This document shows, piece after piece, positions 26,154 through 34,771 of a stretch of 64,000 nucleotides of DNA. The notes below the pieces were generated by a model. It did no database searches and was not told the origin of the DNA. It saw only the letters and a program-made list of their open reading frames with translations. Both the position numbers and the translations under genes were made by a program. This stretch comes from Gemmatimonadaceae bacterium (GTDB taxonomy: Bacteria; Gemmatimonadota; Gemmatimonadetes; Gemmatimonadales; Gemmatimonadaceae): contig DATMLM010000023.1 of NCBI GenBank assembly GCA_035570055.1, forward strand, positions 5,876 to 69,875, in the 5' to 3' direction. The first letter of the stretch is position 1. Every line of letters starts with the position of its first letter.

Positions 26154-27746
26154 TCACCGCTTTGCGGCATCAATTACCTCCCTAATCTTGTCGAGATCGC
26201 GAGCGGCCAATGATTCACGGACCAAGTAGTCGAACGGCGAGAAAGGAACGCGTAGACCGATCCCCTCCTTCTTCGTCGCACCCTTGTCGTCTTTTGCTTC
26301 AAGTCTTTTACCCAAGACACTAAGCCTTCCAAAAAATTCTGTGAATCGGCTTGGTGCGATTCCGAAGAAGGTGTCAAACGCGACTCGATCATCTTGGTCC
26401 GAAGCTGGTCCTTCTTCACTTGTCACTCTGATACTGTCCTTGTGCATCTCCGGGGCCAAACTCTTCGGATACGGCTCAATGTACACTACTCGGCGAATGC
26501 CCGCTGCGACGATGTGTTTCGCGCATCCATGACATGGGAAAGTTGTAGAAAAGAGCGTTGCTCCTCTGACGGAGACACCGACCCGAGCAGCCGACGAGAG
26601 AGCTTCCATCTCCGCGTGAACAGCGCGCGTGAACTCCGTCAGGCTCGCGATTCGGGTCTCTTTTAGTCTCTCAACCGCGACCTCTGTCAGCCGAGCTTGT
26701 TGTGTTTGATCCATTCCACCCCAATCGGGGAGAAAGACTTCCAGCATTTCAGCCACGATTTTGTGCTTCATCCTATCGCTCTCGTCATACCCGATGACAA
26801 TATCGCGAGCGTCGCGAGGCGTTCCGTCCGGATGAGGCTCATCGCCCCAATACAAACCGCCAGGCCAGCACGGCACCTCATTTGTCCCTAGCGCCAGGGT
26901 CTCGCTAAATTCGCTGACAATCGAGGCGCCCACTTGGCGAGCCAAGGATGAAGAGCGTAGGCTAGCCGCGTAGGCGAGAAACATTCCATGTTCGTCTCGT
27001 GTCGGAGTCTCTAGCTTCGTTCCAAAGACGAGGTTCAGAAAGCGTTCAATCTGACGATTCGTACGATCTTCTTCCTGCGCACTTTCGACTGCAAAAAACG
27101 CATCAGCGAGATGGAACGTGTCGTTAACCCGCTGGCCGTGCTTCACTGCTTCGTCGGCATCACGATCTATGAGTTGGTCGGCTTGCTCGCCACTCATTCC
27201 GAACGCTTTCAGATTAGCACGGCGCGTCGGCTTCGGAGCAGCCACACCTAACAAGAGAAAATTCCTGCCGTAAATGCTGCGCAGGCGAAATGCTTCCTCC
27301 GGGTGCTTGAGCTGGTCAACAACGAACACAACCTTCGAAAGGTGCCGTGGCTCGGACGCTGGGCGCTCCGCACTCATCTGCGCTGCAGCGAAGAGTGCCA
27401 AAATATCGTTGCGGTACGAATCACCACGAAGCTTTGTTCCCAAGGTCATCAACGTGTCGTACCGTTCGAAATTGGGCAGCGAGAAGATCCCCCCTGACCC
27501 GGCTGCGTAGGCTGCTAGTCTGCTCAGTTTAATCGCTACAACGCCGTACTCACGTTTCTTCAAGGCTTGAGTCAAGAGCGCTACGAAATGCGGGATTGGA
27601 GTACCTATCGGCGAAACGAGCCCGATCACCAGCTCCGGCTGTGTCGGGTAGAAAACAGTATCCAAAGACGCTATCGACGGCTTTGTTTCCTGCGCTGGAG
27701 ACGACTCGCGCTTCACCTTGGGTCTCTTGCGACGGCGTCTCTGCAC
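26154..27746 (-). CDS. AvcD-like antiphage deaminase: N-terminal degenerate P-loop NTPase-like domain plus a C-terminal dCMP/dCTP deaminase (cytidine deaminase-fold zinc) domain
   Basis: 530 aa. Zinc motif VHAEMEAL(x27)PCHGCAKHIVAAGIRRVVYIEPYPKS, i.e. HAE...PCxxCAKxIxxAGI as in dCMP deaminases. The catalytic Glu is at residue 379. There is a degenerate Walker-A-like GLVSPIGT at residues 42-49. Local GC is ~52-55%. Size and domain order match the AvcD / defensive dCTP deaminase family. Confidence 0.65.
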   Translation of the reverse strand: MQRRRRKRPKVKRESSPAQETKPSIASLDTVFYPTQPELVIGLVSPIGTPIPHFVALLTQALKKREYGVVAIKLSRLAAYAAGSGGIFSLPNFERYDTLMTLGTKLRGDSYRNDILALFAAAQMSAERPASEPRHLSKVVFVVDQLKHPEEAFRLRSIYGRNFLLLGVAAPKPTRRANLKAFGMSGEQADQLIDRDADEAVKHGQRVNDTFHLADAFFAVESAQEEDRTNRQIERFLNLVFGTKLETPTRDEHGMFLAYAASLRSSSLARQVGASIVSEFSETLALGTNEVPCWPGGLYWGDEPHPDGTPRDARDIVIGYDESDRMKHKIVAEMLEVFLPDWGGMDQTQQARLTEVAVERLKETRIASLTEFTRAVHAEMEALSSAARVGVSVRGATLFSTTFPCHGCAKHIVAAGIRRVVYIEPYPKSLAPEMHKDSIRVTSEEGPASDQDDRVAFDTFFGIAPSRFTEFFGRLSVLGKRLEAKDDKGATKKEGIGLRVPFSPFDYLVRESLAARDLDKIREVIDAAKR

Positions 27747-27781
27747 CGTGCCTCAGAATCGGCAGGAAGGAAAGAAGACAA

Positions 27782-27834
27782 ACGGACGGGACAATTCTGC
27801 CGTGTCGACCGCAAATACGAAAGCCCCCGTCCGT
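27782..27834. promoter_or_regulatory. perfect 9-bp inverted repeat ACGGACGGG-(35 nt)-CCCGTCCGT, 36 bp upstream of the AvcD-like start, inside a 650-bp noncoding leader
   Basis: Seen directly in the sequence. It is not followed by a U-tract on either strand, so it is not an intrinsic terminator. Confidence 0.4.
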
Positions 27835-28394
27835 CCCTCGCAGTATCCGGGTGCACGCATAGGGAAAATGGCCTATGCGATCTGTAAATGCGCAGTCGCG
27901 TCGGCTCCACTACATCGGGTATGACACTAGTTGTGGACGGTTCGATGATGCTACGAACGGAACGACCTAGAGGTGCTACGAAGGGTTTTTCCAAACAGAG
28001 CGTCTTCATGCGCCTATAGCTATCCGGTGCCGTCAGCCGAGCGTCAGCGGCCGAGCCGCTGAATTGTGCCGGCCTTTAGATCACCACACCGCCGGTCACT
28101 CTGCAACTGGGGCATTTCTCGGGTAGAAGGTCACTCCCTACGAATATGCTAGCGCCCGAGGAGCAAGCACCACAGCCTCGAGCTCACGTACGACAATAGC
28201 CGCGCCAAGCGCGCCGGCTTCTACATCGATCCCGGCAGTGCCAGCGGTGACGTCACCTCGTTCTGGTTCAACGAGTATCGGTTCATTCGCGTGCCCTGAT
28301 TATCGGACGCAATGGTCGAGTGCGCTCGCGATTTGTGTGTCTTTATTTTTCCGTCCATGCTTAGGAGAACGAAAACGACCGAGGAGAACTACCA

Positions 28395-28886
28395 ATGGAC
28401 GCCCCGAAAACGATCCAGCTCTTTCCCAAAGACGACGACGCGAACGTCGAACCCGGCGAGCTCGCCCACTTGAGCGCGCTCACGGATTACCAGATCGAGG
28501 ACCCGGCTCCGGACATTCGCGGATGGACGGTCAAGCTTCGCGATGGCCAGACCGTGGGGAAAGTCGACGACCTGGTCGTCGATACCGACAACCTGGTCGT
28601 GAGGTACTTCGAGATGAAAGTCGCGCGTGAGTTTCGCCGCGGCGATGACGAGGAGTGGATGCTCATCCCGATCAGCGTGGCCCACCTGGACGATGCCGAC
28701 GACGTCGTTATGATCCATCGGCTGCCGTCGACGATCGCGAAAGCGCGGCGCTCGCGGATCGGCAAGGAGCCGCTGCGGACTCCCACGGACGCCGAGGCAC
28801 TCGCCGTGACCGCCGCATTCGAGCCGCTCGATGAGGGGCCCATCATCGATGCGGTCGAGGACGATCGCCCGTTCACGGGTAACTGA
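28395..28886 (+). CDS. PRC-barrel domain protein
   Basis: IEDPAPDIRGWTVKLRDGQTVGKVDDLVVDTDNLVVRYFEM fits the PRC-barrel pattern. GC returns to ~68% here, which marks the island boundary. Confidence 0.65.
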   Translation: MDAPKTIQLFPKDDDANVEPGELAHLSALTDYQIEDPAPDIRGWTVKLRDGQTVGKVDDLVVDTDNLVVRYFEMKVAREFRRGDDEEWMLIPISVAHLDDADDVVMIHRLPSTIAKARRSRIGKEPLRTPTDAEALAVTAAFEPLDEGPIIDAVEDDRPFTGN

Positions 28887-28945
28887 GCTATGATTACGGC
28901 CATGAGACTCGCGCTCATGGCCGTTGCGCTTGGCGGGGTTCTCCA

Positions 28946-30172
28946 TTGAATCTCCAGAGGAGGCTGCTGCCCTTCCTCCTCACGCTCTACGTCGTCGCGT
29001 TCATCGACCGCATCAATCTCGGCTTCGCGGCGCTCACGATGAACGCCGAGCTGGGGCTCACCAAGCAACAGTTCGGGTTCGCGGCCGGGATTTTCTTCCT
29101 CGGATACTTTCTGTTCGAGGTTCCCAGTAACCTCATCCTGCACAAGATCGGCGCGCGGGTGTGGATGGCGAGGATCCTGCTCACGTGGGGCGTGATCGCC
29201 ACGCTGACCGGGTTCGTGCAGTCCGCTTCGCAACTCTACTGGGCGCGGTTTGCGCTCGGACTCGCTGAAGCCGGCTATTTCCCCGGGATCGTGCACTATC
29301 TCGGGTATTGGTTTCGGCAACGAGAGAAAGCACGGGCGACGGCGATCATCCTGATGGGGATCCCGCTGGCGAGCATCCTCGGGGCGCCGGTGTCAGGGGT
29401 GATTCTCGATCATGTGCACTGGCTGGGGCTCAGCAGCTGGCGCTGGCTCTTCATTCTCGAAGGATTCCCGGCTGTCATCGGCGCGTTTTTGGCCGGGAAA
29501 TTCCTCCCCAGTCGACCCGCGGATGCTGCGTTTCTCACCGTGGCTCAACGGGCCGACATCGCTGAGTCGGTGAGCCAAGAGGATCGCGCGAAAGTGGCCG
29601 CGGCGGTCCCGACGTGGATCTCGATTCTCCGCGTGTCGCAGCTCAGCCTCATGGGATTTTGCCACGCCTTTGGTCAGTACACGTTCAACTTCTGGCTGCC
29701 ACAGATCTTCAAGTCCGCGTTCGCCGGCGTCTCGAACACAACTGTTGGGCTCCTGGTGATGGTGCCCAATTTGTTGGGTCTCGGCGTGATGATCGCGGTA
29801 TGCCAGCACTCCGACCGCACGCTCGAGCGCCGCTATCACATGGCACTGTCGATCGCGCTCGGCGGCCTCGCGTTGGTGCTGCTCGGTGCGCCACGCTGGC
29901 CGGCCGAGACACTGGCCCTATTCTCCCTCGTCGCGATCGGAGCGTACAGCTTCTTGCCGATCTTCTTCACCGTGCCCGGAGCCTTTCTCTCCGGCTACGC
30001 GGCGGCCGCCGCCATAGCGGTTATTGCCTCGGTGTCGAACATCGGCGGATTCGCGGGACCGTACATCACGGGCGTCATGCAGCAACGCGGTTTGGCGGTC
30101 GCCGGCGTTCTCTATCTGGTCGCAGCCGCCTTGTCGTTGGCGCTCCCGCGCGCCTTGCGAACGATGGCCTGA
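28946..30172 (+). CDS. MFS transporter (anion:cation symporter-like)
   Basis: 408 aa and 12 TM. The motif LYVVAFIDRINLGFAALTM is typical of the ACS family of MFS transporters. Confidence 0.8.
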   Translation: MNLQRRLLPFLLTLYVVAFIDRINLGFAALTMNAELGLTKQQFGFAAGIFFLGYFLFEVPSNLILHKIGARVWMARILLTWGVIATLTGFVQSASQLYWARFALGLAEAGYFPGIVHYLGYWFRQREKARATAIILMGIPLASILGAPVSGVILDHVHWLGLSSWRWLFILEGFPAVIGAFLAGKFLPSRPADAAFLTVAQRADIAESVSQEDRAKVAAAVPTWISILRVSQLSLMGFCHAFGQYTFNFWLPQIFKSAFAGVSNTTVGLLVMVPNLLGLGVMIAVCQHSDRTLERRYHMALSIALGGLALVLLGAPRWPAETLALFSLVAIGAYSFLPIFFTVPGAFLSGYAAAAAIAVIASVSNIGGFAGPYITGVMQQRGLAVAGVLYLVAAALSLALPRALRTMA

Positions 30173-30819
30173 ATCTGCGCGAGCGCGTCGTTCCGCGTCT
30201 GGTCGACGGGTGTGTGCAGCCAGCGCGCGACATCGGTCCACGCACGCGTCAGCCCGTCGTCCTGGTGATGCCGGAGCCGCCGGCGGCGATACTTGTCGAC
30301 CCACAACAGCGCCCGGCCCAATGCCGGCGGCCCGGACCAGCGCAAGCGGTGATCGTAGCCGTCATCCTGCCGCTGGATATCCACCAACTCGGCGCCCGGA
30401 AGCGAGAGGAGTAACGAGCGGAGATCGTGGGAAACCGGCGAGCGCGGCGGTCCGTCGATCCGAAACGTGGCCTTGTGCTCGACGTTGAACTGCGACGGCC
30501 AGAATCCCTGCTCGTAGAGTGCCTCGTCGGGCACGATGACAATGAGATGACCGCCGGGCCGGACGAGACTCCACCACTGCGCCACCGCCTGTCGCGGGTC
30601 GTTCATGTGCTCGAGACAATGGGAGCTGTGCACGCAGTCGAACTCGGCCCCTGCCAGGTATCGCGCAATCTCGTTCGCGTCGCCGTGCTCGCGGTCGAAC
30701 GGTTGCGCGTGCGGCACGACCGGATCCGGTCCCGAGCCGATATCGAGCACGGTGCCCGCGAAGTAGCGCGCACGAAACGCTTCGTCGCGCACCCGGTTGG
30801 TCTTACTCGCTTCTTTCAC
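30112..30819 (-). CDS. class I SAM-dependent methyltransferase
   Basis: VLDIGSGPD (motif I) ... FDCVHSSHCLEHMNDP ... LVRPGGHLIVIVP. It overlaps the 3' end of the MFS gene convergently by ~60 nt. Confidence 0.65.
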   Translation of the reverse strand: MKEASKTNRVRDEAFRARYFAGTVLDIGSGPDPVVPHAQPFDREHGDANEIARYLAGAEFDCVHSSHCLEHMNDPRQAVAQWWSLVRPGGHLIVIVPDEALYEQGFWPSQFNVEHKATFRIDGPPRSPVSHDLRSLLLSLPGAELVDIQRQDDGYDHRLRWSGPPALGRALLWVDKYRRRRLRHHQDDGLTRAWTDVARWLHTPVDQTRNDALAQIQAIVRKARGSANDKAAATR

Positions 30820-31745
30820 GGCGTGAGCGTACCCGCGTAGGCGGCCGCCGCGATCATGTCGGCCAAGGTCAGCGTCGTCGCGACCGCTCGCATCGGCGCG
30901 CCAGCGGCTGACGACCGCGTGCCCGTGTTGAAGGCCAGCAGCTGTCGCAGAAGGTAGGATGGTGACCGGCCCGCGAGCGGTGGCACGAGCGCGACGCCGC
31001 GGAGATCCGGGCCATGGCAGCTCGAACAGACCGTCCCCGCGAGCGTCTGTCCATGTGCAATGCTGCCGGGGGGCACGTAAGTGGTGTAGGCGACATACGG
31101 ATCATGACGCTCGTGCCGCTCGGCGTCCTCGGGGATTTCGATCAGTCGCTGGCCGAGTGGCTCGACCCCGCCATCAGGCGAGCGAAAGTACAGGCCGCGG
31201 CCGGTGACTGTCTTCGGGACCTCGGTGGCCTCGACCACCCGCCCGCGTTGTCGCGGCTTGACCGTCGCGAAATAGCGCGCGGCCTGTGCGACTTCGTCGG
31301 GCGTCGTCGCGCGGGCGATGTCCGCCATGCGCGCGGCCGGCACCGCGTTGATATTCGTGCCGAGCGATGCGCCCTTTCGCGCACCCGACCTCATGTCCGA
31401 CATCTGGGCGACGATATAGGAGGCCGAGAGACCCGAGAGCATCGCGTTCTCGGGTCGGCCAGCGCCGTCGGCCAGGTGGCAGTAGCCGCAAGCAAGAACG
31501 GACGGCTTCCGGCCTCGCGCGACGACGTCCGGCATCGGCGGATGGGCATCGGGAAACCAGTCCATCACGAAGAACGGATAGTTGGCCTGTGCTTCGGTGA
31601 ACGCTGCGTGGCTTCCCGGTATGTGCAGTGGCGTGATCGTGTCGACGACGCCAGGCGGGCCGCCTGGGGCTGCCGGGCTAACGGGGAACGCCCACGCCGG
31701 GACCTGCATCTGCACCAGCACGATGAGGAGCGCGACGTGTGTCAT
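30816..31745 (-). CDS. di-heme c-type cytochrome
   Basis: Two CxxCH motifs (CGYCH, CSSCH). Signal MTHVALLIVLVQMQVPAWA. Confidence 0.65.
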   Translation of the reverse strand: MTHVALLIVLVQMQVPAWAFPVSPAAPGGPPGVVDTITPLHIPGSHAAFTEAQANYPFFVMDWFPDAHPPMPDVVARGRKPSVLACGYCHLADGAGRPENAMLSGLSASYIVAQMSDMRSGARKGASLGTNINAVPAARMADIARATTPDEVAQAARYFATVKPRQRGRVVEATEVPKTVTGRGLYFRSPDGGVEPLGQRLIEIPEDAERHERHDPYVAYTTYVPPGSIAHGQTLAGTVCSSCHGPDLRGVALVPPLAGRSPSYLLRQLLAFNTGTRSSAAGAPMRAVATTLTLADMIAAAAYAGTLTP

Positions 31746-33001
31746 TGGCGCTTGTCTACGACGACGTGCCCGGCTTTCATGACCCACCTCACATGGCGGG
31801 TGACGGCCGTGATGTCGGTGACCGGATCACCCTCAACCGCGATCACATCGGCATAGTAGCCGGGCGCAATCGCGCCCAGCTCCTGTTCCATGCCGAGCAA
31901 GGAAGCCGCGGTGGTGGTCGCCGTCGCGATCGCCTGCAACGGCGTCATGCCCGCCGCCACGAACTGATCGAGCTCGCGCGTGTTCTCGCCGAATCCGGTG
32001 AACACGGCGTCCGAGCCCATCGCGATCTTGACGTGCGCACGGATCGCGCGTCGCAATGTCGCGATGTTACGGCGCATGTACTCGGTGAGCGCGGTCGAGT
32101 CGGTCTCGCTGTAGCCGTATTCGGCGCGGTGGGCGATGTAGTAGCGATTGTGATCGACCGTCGGCACGTACACCGTGCCGCGCCGCACCATCTCGGCCAA
32201 CGTCGAGTCGTCCATGTCGATCGCGTGCTCGACCGACTCCGCGCCAGCCCTCACCGCGGCCTTCGCGCCGGCCGGTCCGTACGAGTGAATCGCGATCCGC
32301 TTCCCCGCGAAGTGCGCGACATCGGCCGCCGCCTTCATCTCCTCGTAGGTGAACGTCTCGTATCCTGACGTGTCGCGATCGCTGCCGGTCGAGCCGTAGA
32401 CCTTGACCCAGTCGGCGCCCGCGGCAAGTTGTTGGCGCGCGACCCGTTGAACTTCGGCTACGCCATCCGCGGTGCCCGGATCCGGTGTTGACGCGGCTCC
32501 CGGGCGGATGGGCGAGCCGTTGACGTGCAGCCCGTACCCCGCGACGAACATGCGCGGCCCGACCATGGCACCGCGATTGATGAGATCGCGCATCGCGATG
32601 TCGTCATAATCAGAGGAGCCGAGGTCGCGAACAGTCGTGACGCCGGTCTCGAGCGTCTTGCGCGCGTTCTCCTGCGCCATGAATACGGTGACTTGTGGAC
32701 CGAGCGTCCCCTGCTGCGCCCACGGGCGCGTGCCGAGGTTCGGGTCCCACCAGAACGTCATGTGCGTGTGGACGTCGATGAGGCCCGGAAGCCCGGTGTA
32801 CCGGCTCAAGTCAATGACCGTCGCTCCGGCTGGCACGGCGGCGTCGCCGGTTCCCACTTTCGTGATGCGATCGTGCTCGACGACCACCACCGCGTCGCGG
32901 TGGACCTCGCCACGCGCGTCGATCAATCGGCCAAATCGGACCGCGGTCACTTGAGCTTGGGCGCACGTGGCGAAGCCCAAAAGCAGTGTCAGTCGTCGCA
33001 T
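31742..33001 (-). CDS. amidohydrolase family metallo-dependent hydrolase
   Basis: Signal peptide followed by GLIDVHTHM (the HxH metal site) and an amidohydrolase-like TIM barrel. Confidence 0.75.
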   Translation of the reverse strand: MRRLTLLLGFATCAQAQVTAVRFGRLIDARGEVHRDAVVVVEHDRITKVGTGDAAVPAGATVIDLSRYTGLPGLIDVHTHMTFWWDPNLGTRPWAQQGTLGPQVTVFMAQENARKTLETGVTTVRDLGSSDYDDIAMRDLINRGAMVGPRMFVAGYGLHVNGSPIRPGAASTPDPGTADGVAEVQRVARQQLAAGADWVKVYGSTGSDRDTSGYETFTYEEMKAAADVAHFAGKRIAIHSYGPAGAKAAVRAGAESVEHAIDMDDSTLAEMVRRGTVYVPTVDHNRYYIAHRAEYGYSETDSTALTEYMRRNIATLRRAIRAHVKIAMGSDAVFTGFGENTRELDQFVAAGMTPLQAIATATTTAASLLGMEQELGAIAPGYYADVIAVEGDPVTDITAVTRHVRWVMKAGHVVVDKRQ

Positions 33002-33630
33002 GGCATAAGATAGGACACCACGAGTCGCGTCGCCTCCTCGATCAACTCGGCGAAGGGCAGCTCGGGCTCCGGCGCGGTGTCGTTGAACACAATGCGCGCT
33101 TGCAGCAGCGACGCGGCGGACGAGATCGCGAACGGGACCGCGACCTCCGGCCGCGGATGGGTGATCTCCGCCCGGTGACGGTCGAAGATGCCTTGGAGCG
33201 CCGTGAGCGTTCGCGCGTTGTGCGCCGCGGCGCGCTCGCGAAACTCGCTCGACGGGTGCGATCTCGCGTACAGGAGCAACGCCCGTACGAGTCGAGCGTG
33301 CCGGCGATACCCCTCGGCGATGCCCGTCACGAGCGCGTGCGCCACCTCGGCCAGCGATGCGCGCTGGAACCGGTCGCTCGACAGGGAGCGGGTGTTCGTC
33401 GCGCCGAAGCGCTCGAAGAAACGCGTGTAGACCGCGCGCAGAATCGCATCCTTGTCGGGAAACCGCCGGTAGACGATGCCGAGCGATACGCCTGCTCGCT
33501 CGGCGATGGCCCGGAGCGTCGCGGCGTCGGCCCCTCCCTCTTTTAATAGCTCCTGGGCGGATTCAAGGAGGTGCTCAGTCGTGTCCCGGCTCCGCTGCTG
33601 CAACGCGGGAAGCGGTTCGTCCATTGACAC
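32989..33630 (-). CDS. TetR/AcrR family transcriptional regulator
   Basis: N-terminal HTH ATLRAIAERAGVSLGIVYRRFPDKDAIL. Confidence 0.75.
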   Translation of the reverse strand: MSMDEPLPALQQRSRDTTEHLLESAQELLKEGGADAATLRAIAERAGVSLGIVYRRFPDKDAILRAVYTRFFERFGATNTRSLSSDRFQRASLAEVAHALVTGIAEGYRRHARLVRALLLYARSHPSSEFRERAAAHNARTLTALQGIFDRHRAEITHPRPEVAVPFAISSAASLLQARIVFNDTAPEPELPFAELIEEATRLVVSYLMPCDD

Positions 33631-33658
33631 ATGTCAAATGTGATCGTATGATCACATT

Positions 33659-34750
33659 ATGTCAACAGTGCTACCGTTCAGATTGAGATCGCATCACGTC
33701 TTCCTCGACGCGCGGATCAACGGCGCGCCCGCCTCGCTCGTCCTCGATACCGGCTCCGGCATGTGCGCGCTCGACGCCACGTGGGCGACCACCGTGGGGC
33801 TCACACCGTCGGCGAAAGACGCTCGGGTGGTGGGCACCGACAACATGAGCATCGCCCTCGCGACCATAGGCTCGCTCGCGCTCGGCGACTCGGTCGAGCT
33901 TCGCGACGAACCGGCCGCACTCGTGCCGCTCCACGATGTCAGCGCCAGACATGGGCAGGTGGTGCACGGAACCATCGGCTATGGGCTTTTCATGCGATAC
34001 GTCGTCGAGATCGACTACGCGTCGCGCATGCTGCGACTGCATGACCCGGCGACATTCATCTATCAGGGCGATGGCGAGCGCATCCCGGTGGATCTCTCGA
34101 AGCGCGTCCCGATCCTGGCGGCGGAGCTCGTCGCGAACGGCACGACGATCCCCGTTCGACTGCTCCTCGACCTCGGCACCAGCGGGTACGCCTCCGTACT
34201 CACGAAAGCGTTCGTCGATCGGCACGCGAACGCACTCGGTGGATCGTCTCGCGAGCGGCTGATCGGTACCGGCGTCGGCGGATCGGCGCACGGACGCGTG
34301 GCGACGCTCGACGCCTTGCGACTCGGCAACGTGCGCGTGCCGCATCCGTACGTCGCCATGCCGTCGGACGCGCGCGGCTTCTTCGGAGTAACCTGGGTCG
34401 ATGGCACGCTCGGCGCGCCGGTCTTGAGCCGCACACGGTTGATTCTGGATTACCCGCACCAGCACGTCATCATCGAGCCCGCGACGGCGATGGACGCACC
34501 GTTCGCGGTTGACCGGAGCGGCCTCGCGTTCCGCGCCGAGGGCCCGGACTTCGCGACCGTCGTGGTCGACGACGTCGCTCAGGGGTCTGCGGCGGCTCGC
34601 GCGGGGATCGCGGCAGGGGATGTCATTCGGACTATCGATGGACGCCCGGTCAGAGGAGAGTCGATCGACTGGCTCGACGAAATGTTTACGCGCGCTGGCG
34701 CGACGTACTCGCTCGGTCTCGAGCGCGAGGTGTCGCTCACCCTCGAATGA
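33659..34750 (+). CDS. retropepsin-like aspartic protease domains plus a C-terminal PDZ domain
   Basis: LVLDTGSGMCALD (the D-T/S-G active site), a second pseudo-repeat LLLDLGTSGYA, and a PDZ-like tail GIAAGDVIRTIDGRPV. Confidence 0.6.
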   Translation: MSTVLPFRLRSHHVFLDARINGAPASLVLDTGSGMCALDATWATTVGLTPSAKDARVVGTDNMSIALATIGSLALGDSVELRDEPAALVPLHDVSARHGQVVHGTIGYGLFMRYVVEIDYASRMLRLHDPATFIYQGDGERIPVDLSKRVPILAAELVANGTTIPVRLLLDLGTSGYASVLTKAFVDRHANALGGSSRERLIGTGVGGSAHGRVATLDALRLGNVRVPHPYVAMPSDARGFFGVTWVDGTLGAPVLSRTRLILDYPHQHVIIEPATAMDAPFAVDRSGLAFRAEGPDFATVVVDDVAQGSAAARAGIAAGDVIRTIDGRPVRGESIDWLDEMFTRAGATYSLGLEREVSLTLE

Positions 34751-34771
34751 GCTTCATTATATTGGCGTTCG

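Noticed and set aside
25771-26173. Short ORFs between the RHH gene and the deaminase gene (25771..26043 +, 25902..26120 -, 25979..26173 -).
   Set aside because: They have no protein-like features, poor start contexts, and overlap each other. They are treated as noncoding 3' region.
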